Shown piece after piece: positions 25,601-38,300 of a stretch of 64,000 nucleotides of DNA. The stretch is taken from positions 136,338,001-136,402,000 of the forward strand of contig OZ024743.1 of assembly GCA_964016885.1 (NCBI GenBank), in the 5' to 3' direction. Origin of the DNA: Eledone cirrhosa (Eukaryota). The notes beneath the pieces were generated by a model. It saw only the letters and a list, made by a program, of their open reading frames with translations, had not been told where the DNA came from and searched no databases. The translations under genes were made by a program, and so were the position numbers. Every line of letters begins with the position of its first letter. The first letter of the stretch is position 1.

Positions 25601-28600
25601 GTTTGGTGTTTGGTGCTTGGTGTTTGGTGTTTGGTGTTTGGTGCTTGGTGCTTGATGTTTGGTGCTTGCTGCCTGCTGCATGGGTTTTGGTGCTTGGTGA
25701 TTGGTGCTTGGTGTTTTGCGCTTGGTGCTTGGTGTTTGGTGTTTGGTGTTTGGTGCTTGGTGCTTGGTGCTTGGTGCTTGGTGTTTGGTGCTGCGTGCTT
25801 GGTGTTTGGTGCTGCGTGCTTGGTGTTTGGTGTCTGGAGTTTGGTGCTTGGTGCTTGGTGCCTGGTGTTTCGTGCTTGGTGCTTGGTGCTTGGTGTTTGG
25901 TGTTTGGTGCTTGGTGTGTGGTGCTTGGTGCCTGGTGCTTGGTGTTTGGTGCTTGGAGCTTGGTGTTTGGTGATTGGTGCTTGGTGTTTGGTGATTGGTG
26001 CTTGATGCTTGGTTCTTGGCGTTAGGTGTTTGGTGCTTGGTGCTTGGTGTTTGATGTTTGGTCCTTGGTGCTTGGTGTTTGGTGTTTGGTGCTTGGTGCT
26101 TGTTGTTTGGTGTTTGGTGCTTGCTGCTTGCTGCTTGGTGTTTGGTGCTTGGTGTTTTGTGCTTGATGCTTGGTGTTTGTTGTTTGGTGCTAGGGGCTTA
26201 GTGCTTGGTGCTTGGTGTTTGGTGCTTGGTGCTTGCTGTTTGGTGTTTGGTGCTTGGTGCGTGGGACTTAGTGTTTGGTGTTTGGTGCTTGGTGTTTGGT
26301 GCTTGGTGTTTGGGGCTTGGTGTTCGGTGCTTGGTGCCTGGTGCTTGGGGCTTGGTGTTTGGTGTTTGGTGCTTGGTGCTTGGTGTTTGATGTTGGGTCC
26401 TTGGTGCTTGGTGCTTGGTGTTTGGTGCTTGGTGTTTGGTGCTTGGTGCTTGATGTTTGGTGTTTGGTTCTTGGTGCTTGGTGTTTGGTGTTTGGTGTTT
26501 GGTGCTTGGTGCTTGGTGCTTGGTGTTTGGTGCTTGGTGCATGGTGCTTGGTGCTGCGTGCTTGGTGTTTGGTGTTTGGTGCTTGGTGCCTGGTGCTTGT
26601 TGTTTGGTGTTTGGTGCTTAATGCTTGGTGTTTGGTGTTTGGTGCTTGGTGCTTGGTGGCTGGTGTTTGGTGCTTGGTGTTTGGAGTTTGCTGCTTGGTG
26701 CTTGGTGCCTGGTGTTTCGTGCATGGTGCTTGGTGTTTGGTGCTTGGTGCTTGGTGCTTGGTGCTTGGTGTTTGGTGCTTGGTGTTTGATGCTGCGTGCT
26801 TGGGGCTTGGTGTTTGGTGCTTGGTGCTTGGTGTTTGGTGTTTGGTGCTTGGTGCTTGGGGCTTGGTGTTTGGTGCTTGGTGCTTTGTGCTTGGTGTTTA
26901 GTGTTTGGTGTTTGGTGCTTGGTGTTTGGTGCTTGGTGCTTGGTGCTGGGTGGTTGGTGTTTGGTGCTTGGTGCTTGGTGTTTGGTGCTTGGTGCTTGGT
27001 GCTTGGTGCTTGGTCTTTGGTGCTTGGAGTTTGGTGGTTGGTGCTTGGTGCATGGTGTTTGGTGTTTGGTGTTTGCTGTTTGGTGTCTGCTTTTTGGTAT
27101 TTAGTGTTTGCTGTATGGTGTTTGCTGTTTCGTATTTGGTGCTTGGTGTTTGGTGCTTGGTGCTTGGTGTTTGGCGTTTGGTGCTTGGTGCTTGGTGTTT
27201 GGTGCTTGGTGCTTGGTGTTTGGTGTTTGGTGCTTGGTGCCTGGTGCTTGTTGTTTGGTGTTTGGTGCTTGGTGCTTGGTGTTTGGTGTTTGGTGCTTGG
27301 TGTCTGGTGTTTGGTGCTTGGTGTTTGGTGTTTGGTGCTTGGTGCTTGGTGTTGGTGTTTGGTGTTTGGTGCTTGGTGCTTGGTGTTTGGTGTTTGGTGC
27401 TGGGTGCTTGGAGTTTGGTGCTTGGTGTTTGGTGCTTAGTGCTTGGTGTTTGGTGTTTGGTTCTTGCTGTTTGGTGTTTGGTGTTTGATGCTTGGTTTTT
27501 GCTGCTTGTTGCTTGGTGCTTGGTGCTTGGTGTTCTGTGTTTGGTGCTTGGTGCTTGGTGATTAGTGTTTGGTGCTTGGTGCTTGGTGTTTGGTGTTTCG
27601 TGTTTCGTGCTTGGTGTCTAGTGTTTGGGTTTTGGTGTTTGGTGCTTGGTGCTTAGTGTTTGGTGTTTGTGCTCGGTGCTTGGTGTTTGGTGTTTGGTGC
27701 TTGGTATTTGGTGCTTGGTGCTTTGTGCTTGCTGTTTGGTGCTGGGTGTATGGTGTTTGGTGCTTGGTGCTTGGTGCTTGGTGTTTGGTGTTTGGTGCTT
27801 GGTACTTGGTGTTTGGTGTTTGATGCTTGGTGTTTGATGCTTGTTGCTTGGTGCTTGATGTTTTGTGTTTGGTGTTTGGTGCTTGGTGTATGTACTTGGT
27901 GCTTGGTGCTTGGTGTTTGGTGCTTGGTTCTTGGTGCTTGGTGCTTGGTGCTTGGTGTTTGGTGCTTGGTGCTTGGTGTTTGGTGCTTGGTGTTTGGTGT
28001 TTGGTGCTTGGTGTTTGGTACTTGGTGCTTGGTGCTTGGTGTTAAGTGTTTGGTGCTTGGTGCTTGGTGTTTGGTGCTTCGTGCTTGGTGCTTGGTGTTT
28101 GGGGCTTGGTGCCTGGTGCTTTGTGTTTGGTGCTAGGTGCTTGGTGCTTGGTCTTCGGTGTTTGGTGCTTGGTGCTTGGTGCTTGGTGTTTGGTGCTTGG
28201 TGCTTGGTGCTTGGTTATTAGTGTTTGGTGCTTGGTGCTTGGGGTTTGGTGTTTGGTGCTTGGTGCTTTGTGTTTGGTGTTTGCTGTATGGTGTTTGCTG
28301 TTTCGTGTTTGGTGTTTGCTGTTTGGTGTTTAATGCTTGGTGCTTGGTGCTTGGTGTTTGGTGCTTGGTGCTTGGTGCTTGGTGTTTGGCGTTTGCTCTT
28401 TGCTGTTTGGTGTTTGGTGCTTGCTGTTTGGTGTTTGGTGTTTGGTGTTTGGTGTTTGGTGCTTGCTATTTGGTGCTTGGTGCTTGGTGTTTGGTGTTTG
28501 GTGCTTGGTGTGTGGTGTTAAGTGTTTGGTGCTTGGTGCTTGTTGTTTGGTGCTTCGTGCTTGGGGCTTGGTGTTTGGTGCATGGTGCTTGGTGTTTGGC

Positions 28601-31600
28601 GCTTGGTGCCTGGTGCTTTGTGTTTGGTGCTAGGTGCTTGGTGCTTGGTGTTTGGTGCTTGGTGCTTGGTGCTTGGTTATTAGTGTTTGGTGCTTGGTGC
28701 TTGGGGTTTGGTGTTTGGTGCTTGGTGCTTGGTGTTTGGTGTTTGCTGTATGGTGTTTGCTGTTTCGTGTTTGGTGTTTGCTGTTTGGTGTTTAATGCTT
28801 GGTGCTTGGTGCTTGGTGTTTGGTGCTTGGTGCTTGGTGCTTGGTGTTTGGCGTTTGCTCTTTGCTGTTTGGTGTTTGGTGCTTGCTGTTTGGTGTTTGG
28901 TGTTTGGTGTTTGGTGTTTGGTGCTTGCTGTTTGGTGCTTGGTGCTTGGTGTTTGGTCTTTGGTGTTTGGTGCTTGGTGCTTGGTGTTTGGTGCTTGGTG
29001 CTTGGTGCTTGGTGCTGGGTGTTTGGTGCTTGGTGCTTGGTGTTTGGTGCTTGGTGCTTGATGCTTGGTGCTTGGTGTTTGGTCCTTGGTGCTTGGTGCT
29101 TGGTCTTTGGTACTTGGGGTTTGGTGTTTGGTGCTTGGTGCTTGGTGTTTGGTGCTTGGTGCTTGGTGCTTGGTGTTTGGTGTTTGGTGCTTGCTGCTTG
29201 GTGCTTGGTGTTTGGTGCTTGGTGCTTGGTGATTAGTGTTTGGTGCATGGTGCTTGGTGTTTGTTGTTTGGTGCTTGGTGCTTGGTGTTTGGTGCTTGGT
29301 GCTTGCTGTTTGGTGTTTAGTGTTTGGTGCTTGGTGCTTGGTGTTTGGTGTTTGATGCTTGGTGTTTGGTGCTTGGTGCTTGCGGTTTGGAGCTTGGTGT
29401 TTGGTGCTTGGTGTATGTACTTGGTGCTTGGTGCTTGGTGTTTGGTGCTTAGTTCTTGGTGTTTGGTGCTTGGTGCTTGGTGCTTGGTGTTTGGTGCTTG
29501 GTGCTTGGTGTTTGGTACTTGGTGCTTGGTGTTTGGTGTTTGGTGTTAAGTGTTTGGTGCTTGGTGCTTGGTGTTTGGTGCTTCGTGCTTGGTGCTTGGT
29601 GTTTGGTGCTTGGTGCTTGGTGTTTGGTGATTGGTGCTTGGTGTTTGGTGCTTGGTGCTTGGTGCCTGGTGCTTGGTGTTAGGTGTTTGGTGCTTGGTGC
29701 TTGGTGTTTGATGTTTGGTCCTTGGGGCTTGGTGTTTGATGTTTGGTCCTTGGTGCTTGGTGTTTGGTGTTTGGTGCTTGGTGCTTGGTGCTTGGTGTTT
29801 CGTGTTTGGTGCTTGCTGCTTGCTGCTTGGTGTTTGGTGCTTGGTGATTGGTGCTTGGTGTTTGGTGCTTGGTGGTTGGTGCTTGGTGTTTGGTGTTTGG
29901 TGCTAGGTGCTTGGTGCTTGGTGTTTGGTGCTTGGTGCTTGGTGTTTGGTGTTTGATGCTTGGTGCTTGGGGCTTGGTGTTTGGTGCTTGCTGCTTGGTG
30001 TTTGGTGCTTGCTGCTTGGTGTTTGTTGTTTGGTGTTTGGTGCTTGGTGTTTGGTGCTTGGTGCTTGGTGCTGGGTGGTTGATGTTTGGTGCTTGGTGCT
30101 TGGTGTTTGGTGCTTGGTGCTTGGTGCTTATTGTTTGGTGCTTGGTGCTTGGTGCTTGGTGCTTGGTCTTTGGTGCTTGGTGTTTGGTGTTTGGTGTTTG
30201 GTGTTTGTGCTTGGTGCTTGGTGCTTGGTGTTTGGTGCTAGGTGCTTAACGCTTGGTGTTTGGTGCTTGGTGCTTGGTGCTTGGTCATTAGTGTTTGGTG
30301 ATTGGTGCTTGGGGTTTGGTGTTTTGTGTTTGCTGTTTGGTGTATGCGGTTTGGTGTCTGCTTTTTGGTGTTTGGTGTTTGCTGTATGGTGTTTGCTGTT
30401 TTGTGTTTCGTGCTTGCTGTTTGGTGTTTGGTGCTTGGTGCTTGGTGCTTGGTGTTTGGTGCTTGGTGCTTGGTGCTTGGTGTTTGGCGTTTGCTGTTTG
30501 CTGTTTGGTGTTTGGTGTTTGCTGTTTGGTGTTTGCTGTTTGGTGTTTGGTGCTTGGTGCTTGGTGGCTGGTGTTCGGCGCTTGGTGTTTGGATTTTGGT
30601 CCTTGGTGCTTGGTGCTTGGTGTTTGGTGTTTGGTATTTGGTGCTTGGTGCTTGGTGCTTGGTGTTTGGTGGTTGGTGCTTGGTGCTTGGTGTTTAATGC
30701 TGCGTGCTTGGTGTTTGGTGTTTGGTGCTTGGTGCTTGGTGTTTGGTGATTGGAGCTTGGTGCCTGGTGCTTGTTGTTTGGTGCCTGGTGCTTGTTGTTT
30801 GGTGTTTGGTGCTTGGTGCTTGGTGTTTGGTGCTTGGTGCTCTGTGCTTGATGTTTGGTGCTTGGTGCTTGGTGTTTGGTGCTTGGTGCTTGGTGCTTGG
30901 TGCTTGGTGTTAGGTGTTTGGTGCTTGGTGCTTGGTGTTTGATGTTTGGTCCTTGGTGCTTGGTGTTTGGTGTTTGGTGCTTGGTGCTTGGTGTTTGGTG
31001 TTTTGTGTTTGGAGTTTGGTGCTTGGTGTTTGGTGCTTCGGGCTTGGTGCTTGGTGTTTGGTGCTTGGTGGTTGGTGTTTGGTGCTTGGTGCCTGGTGCT
31101 TGGTGTTTGGTGCTTGGTGCTTGGTGTTTGGTGATTGGTGCTTGGTGTTTGGTGCTTGGTGCTTGGTGCCTGGTGCTTGGTGTTAGGTGTTTGGTGCTTG
31201 GTGCTTGGTGTTTGATGTTTGGTCCTTGGTGCTTGGTGTTTGGTGTTTGGTGCTTGGTGTTTGGTGTTTGGTGTTTGGTGCTTCGTGCTTGGTGTTTGGT
31301 GCTTGCTGCCTGCTGCATGGGTTTTGGTGCTTGGTGATTGGTGCTTGGTGTTTTGCGCTTGGTGCTTGGTGTTTGGTGTTTGGTGTTTGGTGCTTGGTGC
31401 TTGGTGCTTGGTGCTTGGTGTTTGGTGCTGCGTGCTTGGTGTTTGGTGTCTGGAGTTTGGTGCTTGGTGCTTGGTGCCTGGTGTTTAGTGCTTGGTGCTT
31501 GGTGCTTGGTGTTTGGTGTTTGGTGCTTGGTGTTTGGTGCTTGGTGCCTGGTGCTTGGTGTTTGGTGCTTGGAGCTTGGTGTTTGGTGATTGGTGCTTGG

Positions 31601-32358
31601 TGTTTGGTGATTGGTGCTTGATGCTTGGTTCTTGGCGTTAGGTGTTTGGTGCTTGGTGCTTGGTGTTTGATGTTTGGTCCTTGGTGCTTGGTGTTTGGTG
31701 TTTGGTGCTTGGTGCTTGTTGTTTGGTGTTTGGTGCTTGCTGCTTGCTGCTTGGTGTTTGGTGCTTGGTGTTTTGTGCTTGATGCTTGGTGTTTGTTGTT
31801 TGGTGCTAGGGGCTTAGTGCTTGGTGCTTGGTGTTTGGTGCTTGGTGCTTGCTGTTTGGTGTTTGGTGCTTGGTGCGTGGGACTTAGTGTTTGGTGTTTG
31901 GTGCTTGGTGTTTGGTGCTTGGTGTTTGGGGCTTGGTGTTCGGTGCTTGGTGCCTGGTGCTTGGGGCTTGGTGTTTGGTGTTTGGTGCTTGGTGCTTGGT
32001 GTTTGATGTTGGGTCCTTGGTGCTTGGTGCTTGGTGTTTGGTGCTTGGTGTTTGGTGCTTGGTGCTTGATCTTTGGTGTTTGGTTCTTGGTGCTTGGTGT
32101 TTGGTGTTTGGTGTTTGGTGCTTGGTGCTTGGTGCTTGGTGTTTGGTGCTTGGTGCATGGTGCTTGGTGCTGCGTGCTTGGTGTTTGGTGTTTGGTGCTT
32201 GGTGCCTGGTGCTTGTTGTTTGGTGTTTGGTGCTTAATGCTTGGTGTTTGGTGTTTGGTGCTTGGTGCTTGGTGGCTGGTGTTTGGTGCTTGGTGTTTGG
32301 AGTTTGCTGCTTGGTGCTTGGTGCCTGGTGTTTCGTGCTTGGTGCTTGGTGCTTGGTG
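18643..32358 (+). repeat. Tandem duplication, 2 x 6855 bp, apparently near-identical copies
   Basis: ORF pairs 18691/25546, 19154/26009, 21282/28137, 23273/30128 and 24770/31625 are all offset by 6855 with matching translations. Junction near 25500. Confidence 0.94.
21270..22100 (+). repeat. 462-bp (66-unit) tandem duplication, also present at about 12870-13550 and 28125-28955
   Basis: 21370/21832, 21482/21944, 12928/13390 and 28337/28799 are offset by 462. Markers GGTTATTAG and GTTTAATGC repeat. Confidence 0.83.
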
Positions 32359-35300
32359 TTTCGTGTTTGGTGCTTGGTGTTTGGTGCTTGGTGCTTGGTG
32401 CTTGGTGCTTGGTGTTTGGTGCTTGGTGTTTGATGCTGCGTGCTTGGTGTTTGGTGTTTGGTGCTTGGTGCTTGGTGTTTGGTGTTTGGAGCTTGGTGCC
32501 TGGTGCTTGTTGTTTGGTGTTTGGTGCTTGGTGCTTGGTGATTGGTTTTTGGTGCTTGGTGCTTGGTGCTTGGTATCTGGTGTTTGGTGCTTGATGTTTG
32601 GTGTTTGGTGTTTGGTGCTTGCTGCTTGGCGCTTGGTGTTTGGTGTTTGGTGCTTGGTGCTTGGTGTTTGGTGCTTGGTGTTTGTTGTTTTGTGTTTGGT
32701 GTTTGGTGTTTGGTACCTGGTGCTTGGTGCTTGGTGCTTGTTGTTTGGTGCTTGGTGCTTGGTGATTAGTGTTTGGTGCTTGGTGCTTGCGGTTTGGTGT
32801 TTGGTGCTTGGGGTTTGGTGTTTGCTGCTTGGTGCTTGGTGTTTGGTGCTTTGTGCTTGGTGCTTGGTGTTTGGTGCTTGGTGCTTGGAGTTTGGTGCTT
32901 GGTGCTTGGTGTTTGGTGTTTGGCATTTGCTGTTTGCTGTTTGCTTTTTGGTGTTTGCTGTTTGCTGTTTGCTGTTTGGTGTTTGCTGTTTGGTGCTTGA
33001 TGTTTGGTGCTTGGTGCTTGGCGTTTGGTGTTTGGTGTTTGGTGCTTGGTGCTTGGTGCTGGGTGTTTGGTGCTTGGTGCTTGGTGTTTGGTGCTTGGTG
33101 CTTGTTGCTTGGTGTTTGGTCCTTGGTGCTTGGTGCTTGGGTTTTGGTGTTTGGTGCTTGCTGTTTGGTGCTTGCTCTTTGGTGCTTGGTGCTTGGTGAT
33201 TCGTGTTTGGTGATTGGTGCTTGGGGTTTGGTGTTTGGTGCTTGGTGTTTGGTGCTTGGTGCTTGCTGTTTGGTGTTTGGTGTTTGGTTTTGGTGCTTGG
33301 TGTTTGATGTTTGGTGTTTGGTGCTTGGTGCTTGGTGTTTGGTGCTGCGTGCTTGGTGTTTGGTGTTTGGTGCTTGGTGCCTGGTGCTTGTTGTTTGGTG
33401 TTTGGTGCTTAGTGCTTGGTGTTTGGTGTTTGGTGCTTGGTGGCTGGTGCTTGGTGCTTGGTGTTTCGTGCTTGGGGCTTGGTGCTTGGTGTTTGGTGTT
33501 TGGTGCTTGGTGTTTTGTGTTTGGTACTTGGTGCTTGGTGCTTGGTGCTTGGTGTTTGGTGCTTGGTGTTTGATGCTGCGTGCTTGATGTTTGGTGTTTG
33601 GTGCTTGGTACTTGGTGCTTGGTGTTTGGTGTTTGGTGCTTGGTGCTTGGTGTTTGGTGCTTGGTGTTTGGTGTTTGGTGTTTGATGCTTGGTGTTTGCT
33701 GCTTGGTGCTTGGTGCTTGGTGTTTTGTGTTTGGTGCTTGGTACTTGGTGATTAGTGTTTGGTGCTTGGTGCTTGCGGTTTGGTGTTTGGTGCTTGGGGT
33801 TTGGTGTTTGGTGCTTGGTGCTTGCTGCTTGGTGCTTGGTGTTTGGTGCTTGGTGCTTGGTGTTTGGTGTTTGGTGCTTGGGGTTTGGTGTTTGTTGCTT
33901 GGTGCTTGGAGTTTGGTGCTTGGTGCTTGGTGTTTGGAGTTTGGTGCTTGGTGCTTGGTGCCTGGTGCTTGTTGTTTGGTGTTTGGTGCTTAGTGGTTGG
34001 TGTTTGGTGTTTGGTGCTTGGTGCTTGGTGGCTGGTGTTTGGTGCTTGGTGTTTGGAGTTTGGTGTTTGGTGCTTGGTGCCTGGTGTTTCGTGCTTGGTG
34101 CTTGGTGCTTGGTGTCTGGTGTTTGGTGCTTGGTGTTTGGTGTTTGGTACTTGGTGCTTGGTGCTTGGTGCTTGGTGTTTGGTGCTTGGTGTTTGATGCT
34201 GCGTGCTTGGTGTTTGGTGTTTGGTGCTTGGTGCTTGGTGTTTGGTATTTGGAGCTTGGTGCCTGGTGCTTGTTGTTTGGTGTTTTGTGCTTGGTGCTTG
34301 GTGTTTGGTGTTTGGCGTTTGGTGCTTGGTGCTTGGTATCTGGTTTTTGGTGCTTGATGTTTGGTGTTTGGTGCTTGGTGCTTGGTGCTTGGTGTTTGGT
34401 GTTTGGTGCTTGGTGCTTGGTGTTTGGTGCTTGGTGTTTGGTGTTTCGTGTTTGATGCTTGGTGTTTGCTGCTTGGTGCTTGGTGCTTGGTGTTTTGTGT
34501 TTGGTGCTTGGTGCTTGGTGCCTGCTGCTTGGTGAATGGTGCTTGTTGTTTGGTGCTTGGTGCTTGGTGATTAGTGTTTGGTGCTTGGTGCTTGCGGTTT
34601 GGTGTTTGGTGCTTGGGGTTTGGTATTTGGTGCTTGGTGCTTGGTGTTTGGTGCTTGGTGCTTGGTGCTTGGTGTTTGGTGCTTGGTGCTTGGTGTTTGG
34701 TGCTTGGTGCTTGGTGTTTGGTGTTTGGCGTTTGCTGTTTGCTGTTTGGTGTTTGCTGTTTGCTGTTTGGTGTTTGCTGTTTGGTGTTTGGTGTTTGGTG
34801 CTTGCTGTTTGGTGCTTGGTGCTTGGTGTTTGGTGTTTGGTGTTTGGTGCTTGGTGCTTGGTGTTTGGTGCTTGGTGCTTGGTGCTGGGTGTTTGGTGCT
34901 TGGTGCTTGGTGTTTGGTGCTTGGTGCTTGGTGCCTGGTGTTTGGTCCTTGGTGCTTGGTGCTTGGTGCTTGGTGCTTGCTGTTTGGTGTTTGGTGTTTG
35001 GTTCTTGGTGCTTGGTGTTTGGTGTTTGGTGTTTGGTGCTTGGTGCTTGGTGCTTGGTGTTTGGTGCTTGGTGCTTGGTGATTAGTGTTTGGTGATTGGT
35101 GCTTGGGGTTTGGTGTTTGGTGCTTGGTGTTTGGTGCTTGGTGCTTGCTGTTTGGTGTTTGGTGTTTTGTTCTTGGTGCTTGGTGTTTGGTGTTTGGTGT
35201 TTGGTGCTTGGTGCTTGGTGCTTGGTGTTTGGTGCTTGGTGCTTGGTGCTTGGTGTTTGGTGCTGCGTGCTTGGTGTTTGGTGTTTGGTGCTTGGTGCCT

Positions 35301-38300
35301 GGGGCTTGTTGTTTGGTGTTTGGTGCTTAGTGCTTGGTGTTTGGTGTTTGGTGCTTGGTGCTTGGTGGCTGGTGCTTGGTGCTTGGTGTTTGGAGTTTGG
35401 TGCTTGGTGCTTGGTGCCTGGTGTTTCGTGCTTGGTGCTTGGTGCTTTGTGTTTGGTGTTTGGTGTTTGGTGTTTGGTGTTTGGTACTTGGTGCTTGGTG
35501 CTTGGTGTTTGGTGCTTGGTGTTTGGTGATTGGTGCTTGGTGCTTGGTGCTTGGTGCTTGGTGTTAGGTGTTTGGTCCTTGGTGCTTGTTGTTTGGTGTT
35601 TTGTGCTTGGTGCTTGGCGTTTGGTGTTTGGCGCTAGGGGCTTGGTGCTTGATGCTTGGTGTTTGGTGCTTGGTGCGTGGGACTTAGTGTTTGGTGTTTG
35701 GTGTTTGGTGCTTGGTGTTTGGTGTTTGGTGCTTGGTGCTTGGTGTTTGGCGCTTGGTGCTTGGTGCTTGGTGTTTGGTGCTTGGTGCTTGGTGCTTGGT
35801 GCTTGGTGATTAGTGTTTGGTGCTTGGTGCTTGGTGCCTGGTGCTTGGTGCTTGGTGCTTGTTGTTTGGTGCTTGGTGTTTGGTGCTTGGTGTTTGGTGC
35901 TTGGTGCTTGGTGTTTGGTGTTTGTTTGGTGCTTGGTGCTTGGGGCTTGGTCTTTGGTGCTTAGTGTTTGGTGCTTGGTGTTTGGTGCTTGGTGCTTGGT
36001 GCTTGGTGTTTGGTGTTTGGTGTTTGGTGCTTGGTGTTTGGTGCTTGGTGCTTGGTGCTGGGTGGTTGGTGTTTGGTGTTTGGTGCTTGGTGCTTCGTGC
36101 TTATTGTTTGGTGCTTGGTGCTTGGTGCTTGGTGCTTGGTCTTTGGTGCTTGGTGTTTGGTGTTTGGTACTTGGTGCCTGGTGTTTGGCGCTTGGTGCTT
36201 GGTGCTTGGTGTTTGGTGCTTGGTGTTTGGTGCTTGGTGATTAGTGTTTGGTGCTTGGTGCTTGGTGCCTGGTGCTTGGTGCTTGGTGCTTGATGTTTGG
36301 TGCTTGGTGCTTGGTGATTAGTGTTTGGTTCTTGGTGCTTTGGGTTTGGTGTTTGGTGCTTGGGGTTTGGTGTTTGGTGCTTGGTGCTTGGTGTTTGGTG
36401 CTTGGTGCTTGGTGTTTGGTGCTTGGTGCTTTGTGTTTGGTGCTTGGTGTTTGGTGCTTGGTGCTTGGTGCTTGGTTCTTGGTGTTAGGTGTTTGGTGCT
36501 TGGTGATTGGTGTTTGATGTTAGGTTCTTGGTGCTTGGTGTTTGGTGCTTGCTGCTTGGTGCTTGGTGTTTTGTGTTTGGAGTTTGGTGCTTGGTGTTTG
36601 GTGCTTCGGTCTTGGTGTTTGGTGTTTGGTGCTTGGTGCCTGGGGCTTGTTGTTTGGTGTTTAGTGCTTAGTGCTTGGTGTTTGGTGTTTGGTGCTTGGT
36701 GCTTGGTGGCTGGTGCTTGGTGCTTGGTGTTTGCAGTTTGGTGCTTGGTGCTTGGTGCCTGGTGTTTCGTGCTTGGTGCTTGGTGCTTGTTGTTTGGTGT
36801 TTGGTGCTTGGTGTTTGGTGTTTGGTACTTGGTGCTTGGTGCTTGGTGTTTGGTGCTTGCTGTTTGGTGCTTGGTGCTTGGTGCTTGGTGCTTGGTGTCA
36901 GGTGTTTGGTGCTTGGTGCTTGGTGTTTGATGTTTGGTCCTTGGTGCTTGTTGTTTGGTGTTTGGTGCTTCGTGCTTGGTGTTTGGTGCTTGGTGCTTGC
37001 TGTTTGGTGTTTGGTGCTTGGTGCGTGGGACTTAGTGTTTGGTGTTTAGTGCTTGGTGTTTGGTGCTTGGTGTTTGGTGCTTGGTGCTTGGTGTTTGGTG
37101 TTTGGTGCTTGGTGCTTGGGGCTTGGTCTTTGGTGCTTAGTGTTTGGTGCTTGGTGTTTGGTGCTTGGTGCTTGGTGCTTGGTGTTTGGTGTTTGGTGTT
37201 TGGTGCTTGGTGTTTGGTGCTTGTTGCTTGGTGCTGGGTGGTTGGTGTTTGGTGTTTGGTGCTTGGTGCTTGGTGCTTATTGTTTGGTGCCTGGTGCTTG
37301 TTGTTTGGTGTTTGGTGCTTGGTGCTTGGTGTTTGGTGCTTGGTGCTTGGTGCTTGATGTTTGGTGCTTGGTGCTTGGTGTTTGGTGCTTGGTGCTTGGT
37401 GCTTGGTGCTTGGTGTTAGGTGTTTGGTGCTTGGTGCTTGGTGTTTGATGTTTGGTCCTTGGTGCTTGGTGTTTGGTGTTTGGTGCTTGGTGCTTGGTGT
37501 TTGGTGTTTTGTGTTTGGAGTTTGGTGCTTGGTGTTTGGTGCTTCGGGCTTGGTGCTTGGTGTTTGGTGCTTGGTGGTTGGTGTTTGGTGCTTGGTGCCT
37601 GGTGCTTGGTGTTTGGTGCTTGGTGCTTGGTGTTTGGTGATTGGTGCTTGGTGTTTGGTGCTTGGTGCTTGGTGCCTGGTGCTTGGTGTTAGGTGTTTGG
37701 TGCTTGGTGCTTGGTGTTTGATGTTTGGTCCTTGGTGCTTGGTGTTTGGTGTTTGGTGCTTGGTGTTTGGTGTTTGGTGTTTGGTGCTTCGTGCTTGGTG
37801 TTTGGTGCTTGCTGCCTGCTGCATGGGTTTTGGTGCTTGGTGATTGGTGCTTGGTGTTTTGCGCTTGGTGCTTGGTGTTTGGTGTTTGGTGTTTGGTGCT
37901 TGGTGCTTGGTGCTTGGTGCTTGGTGTTTGGTGCTGCGTGCTTGGTGTTTGGTGTCTGGAGTTTGGTGCTTGGTGCTTGGTGCCTGGTGTTTCGTGCTTG
38001 GTGCTTGGTGCTTGGTGTTTGGTGTTTGGTGCTTGGTGTTTGGTGCTTGGTGCCTGGTGCTTGGTGTTTGGTGCTTGGAGCTTGGTGTTTGGTGATTGGT
38101 GCTTGGTGTTTGGTGATTGGTGCTTGATGCTTGGTTCTTGGCGTTAGGTGTTTGGTGCTTGGTGCTTGGTGTTTGATGTTTGGTCCTTGGTGCTTGGTGT
38201 TTGGTGTTTGGTGCTTGGTGCTTGTTGTTTGGTGTTTGGTGCTTGCTGCTTGCTGCTTGGTGTTTGGTGCTTGGTGTTTTGTGCTTGATGCTTGGTGTTT

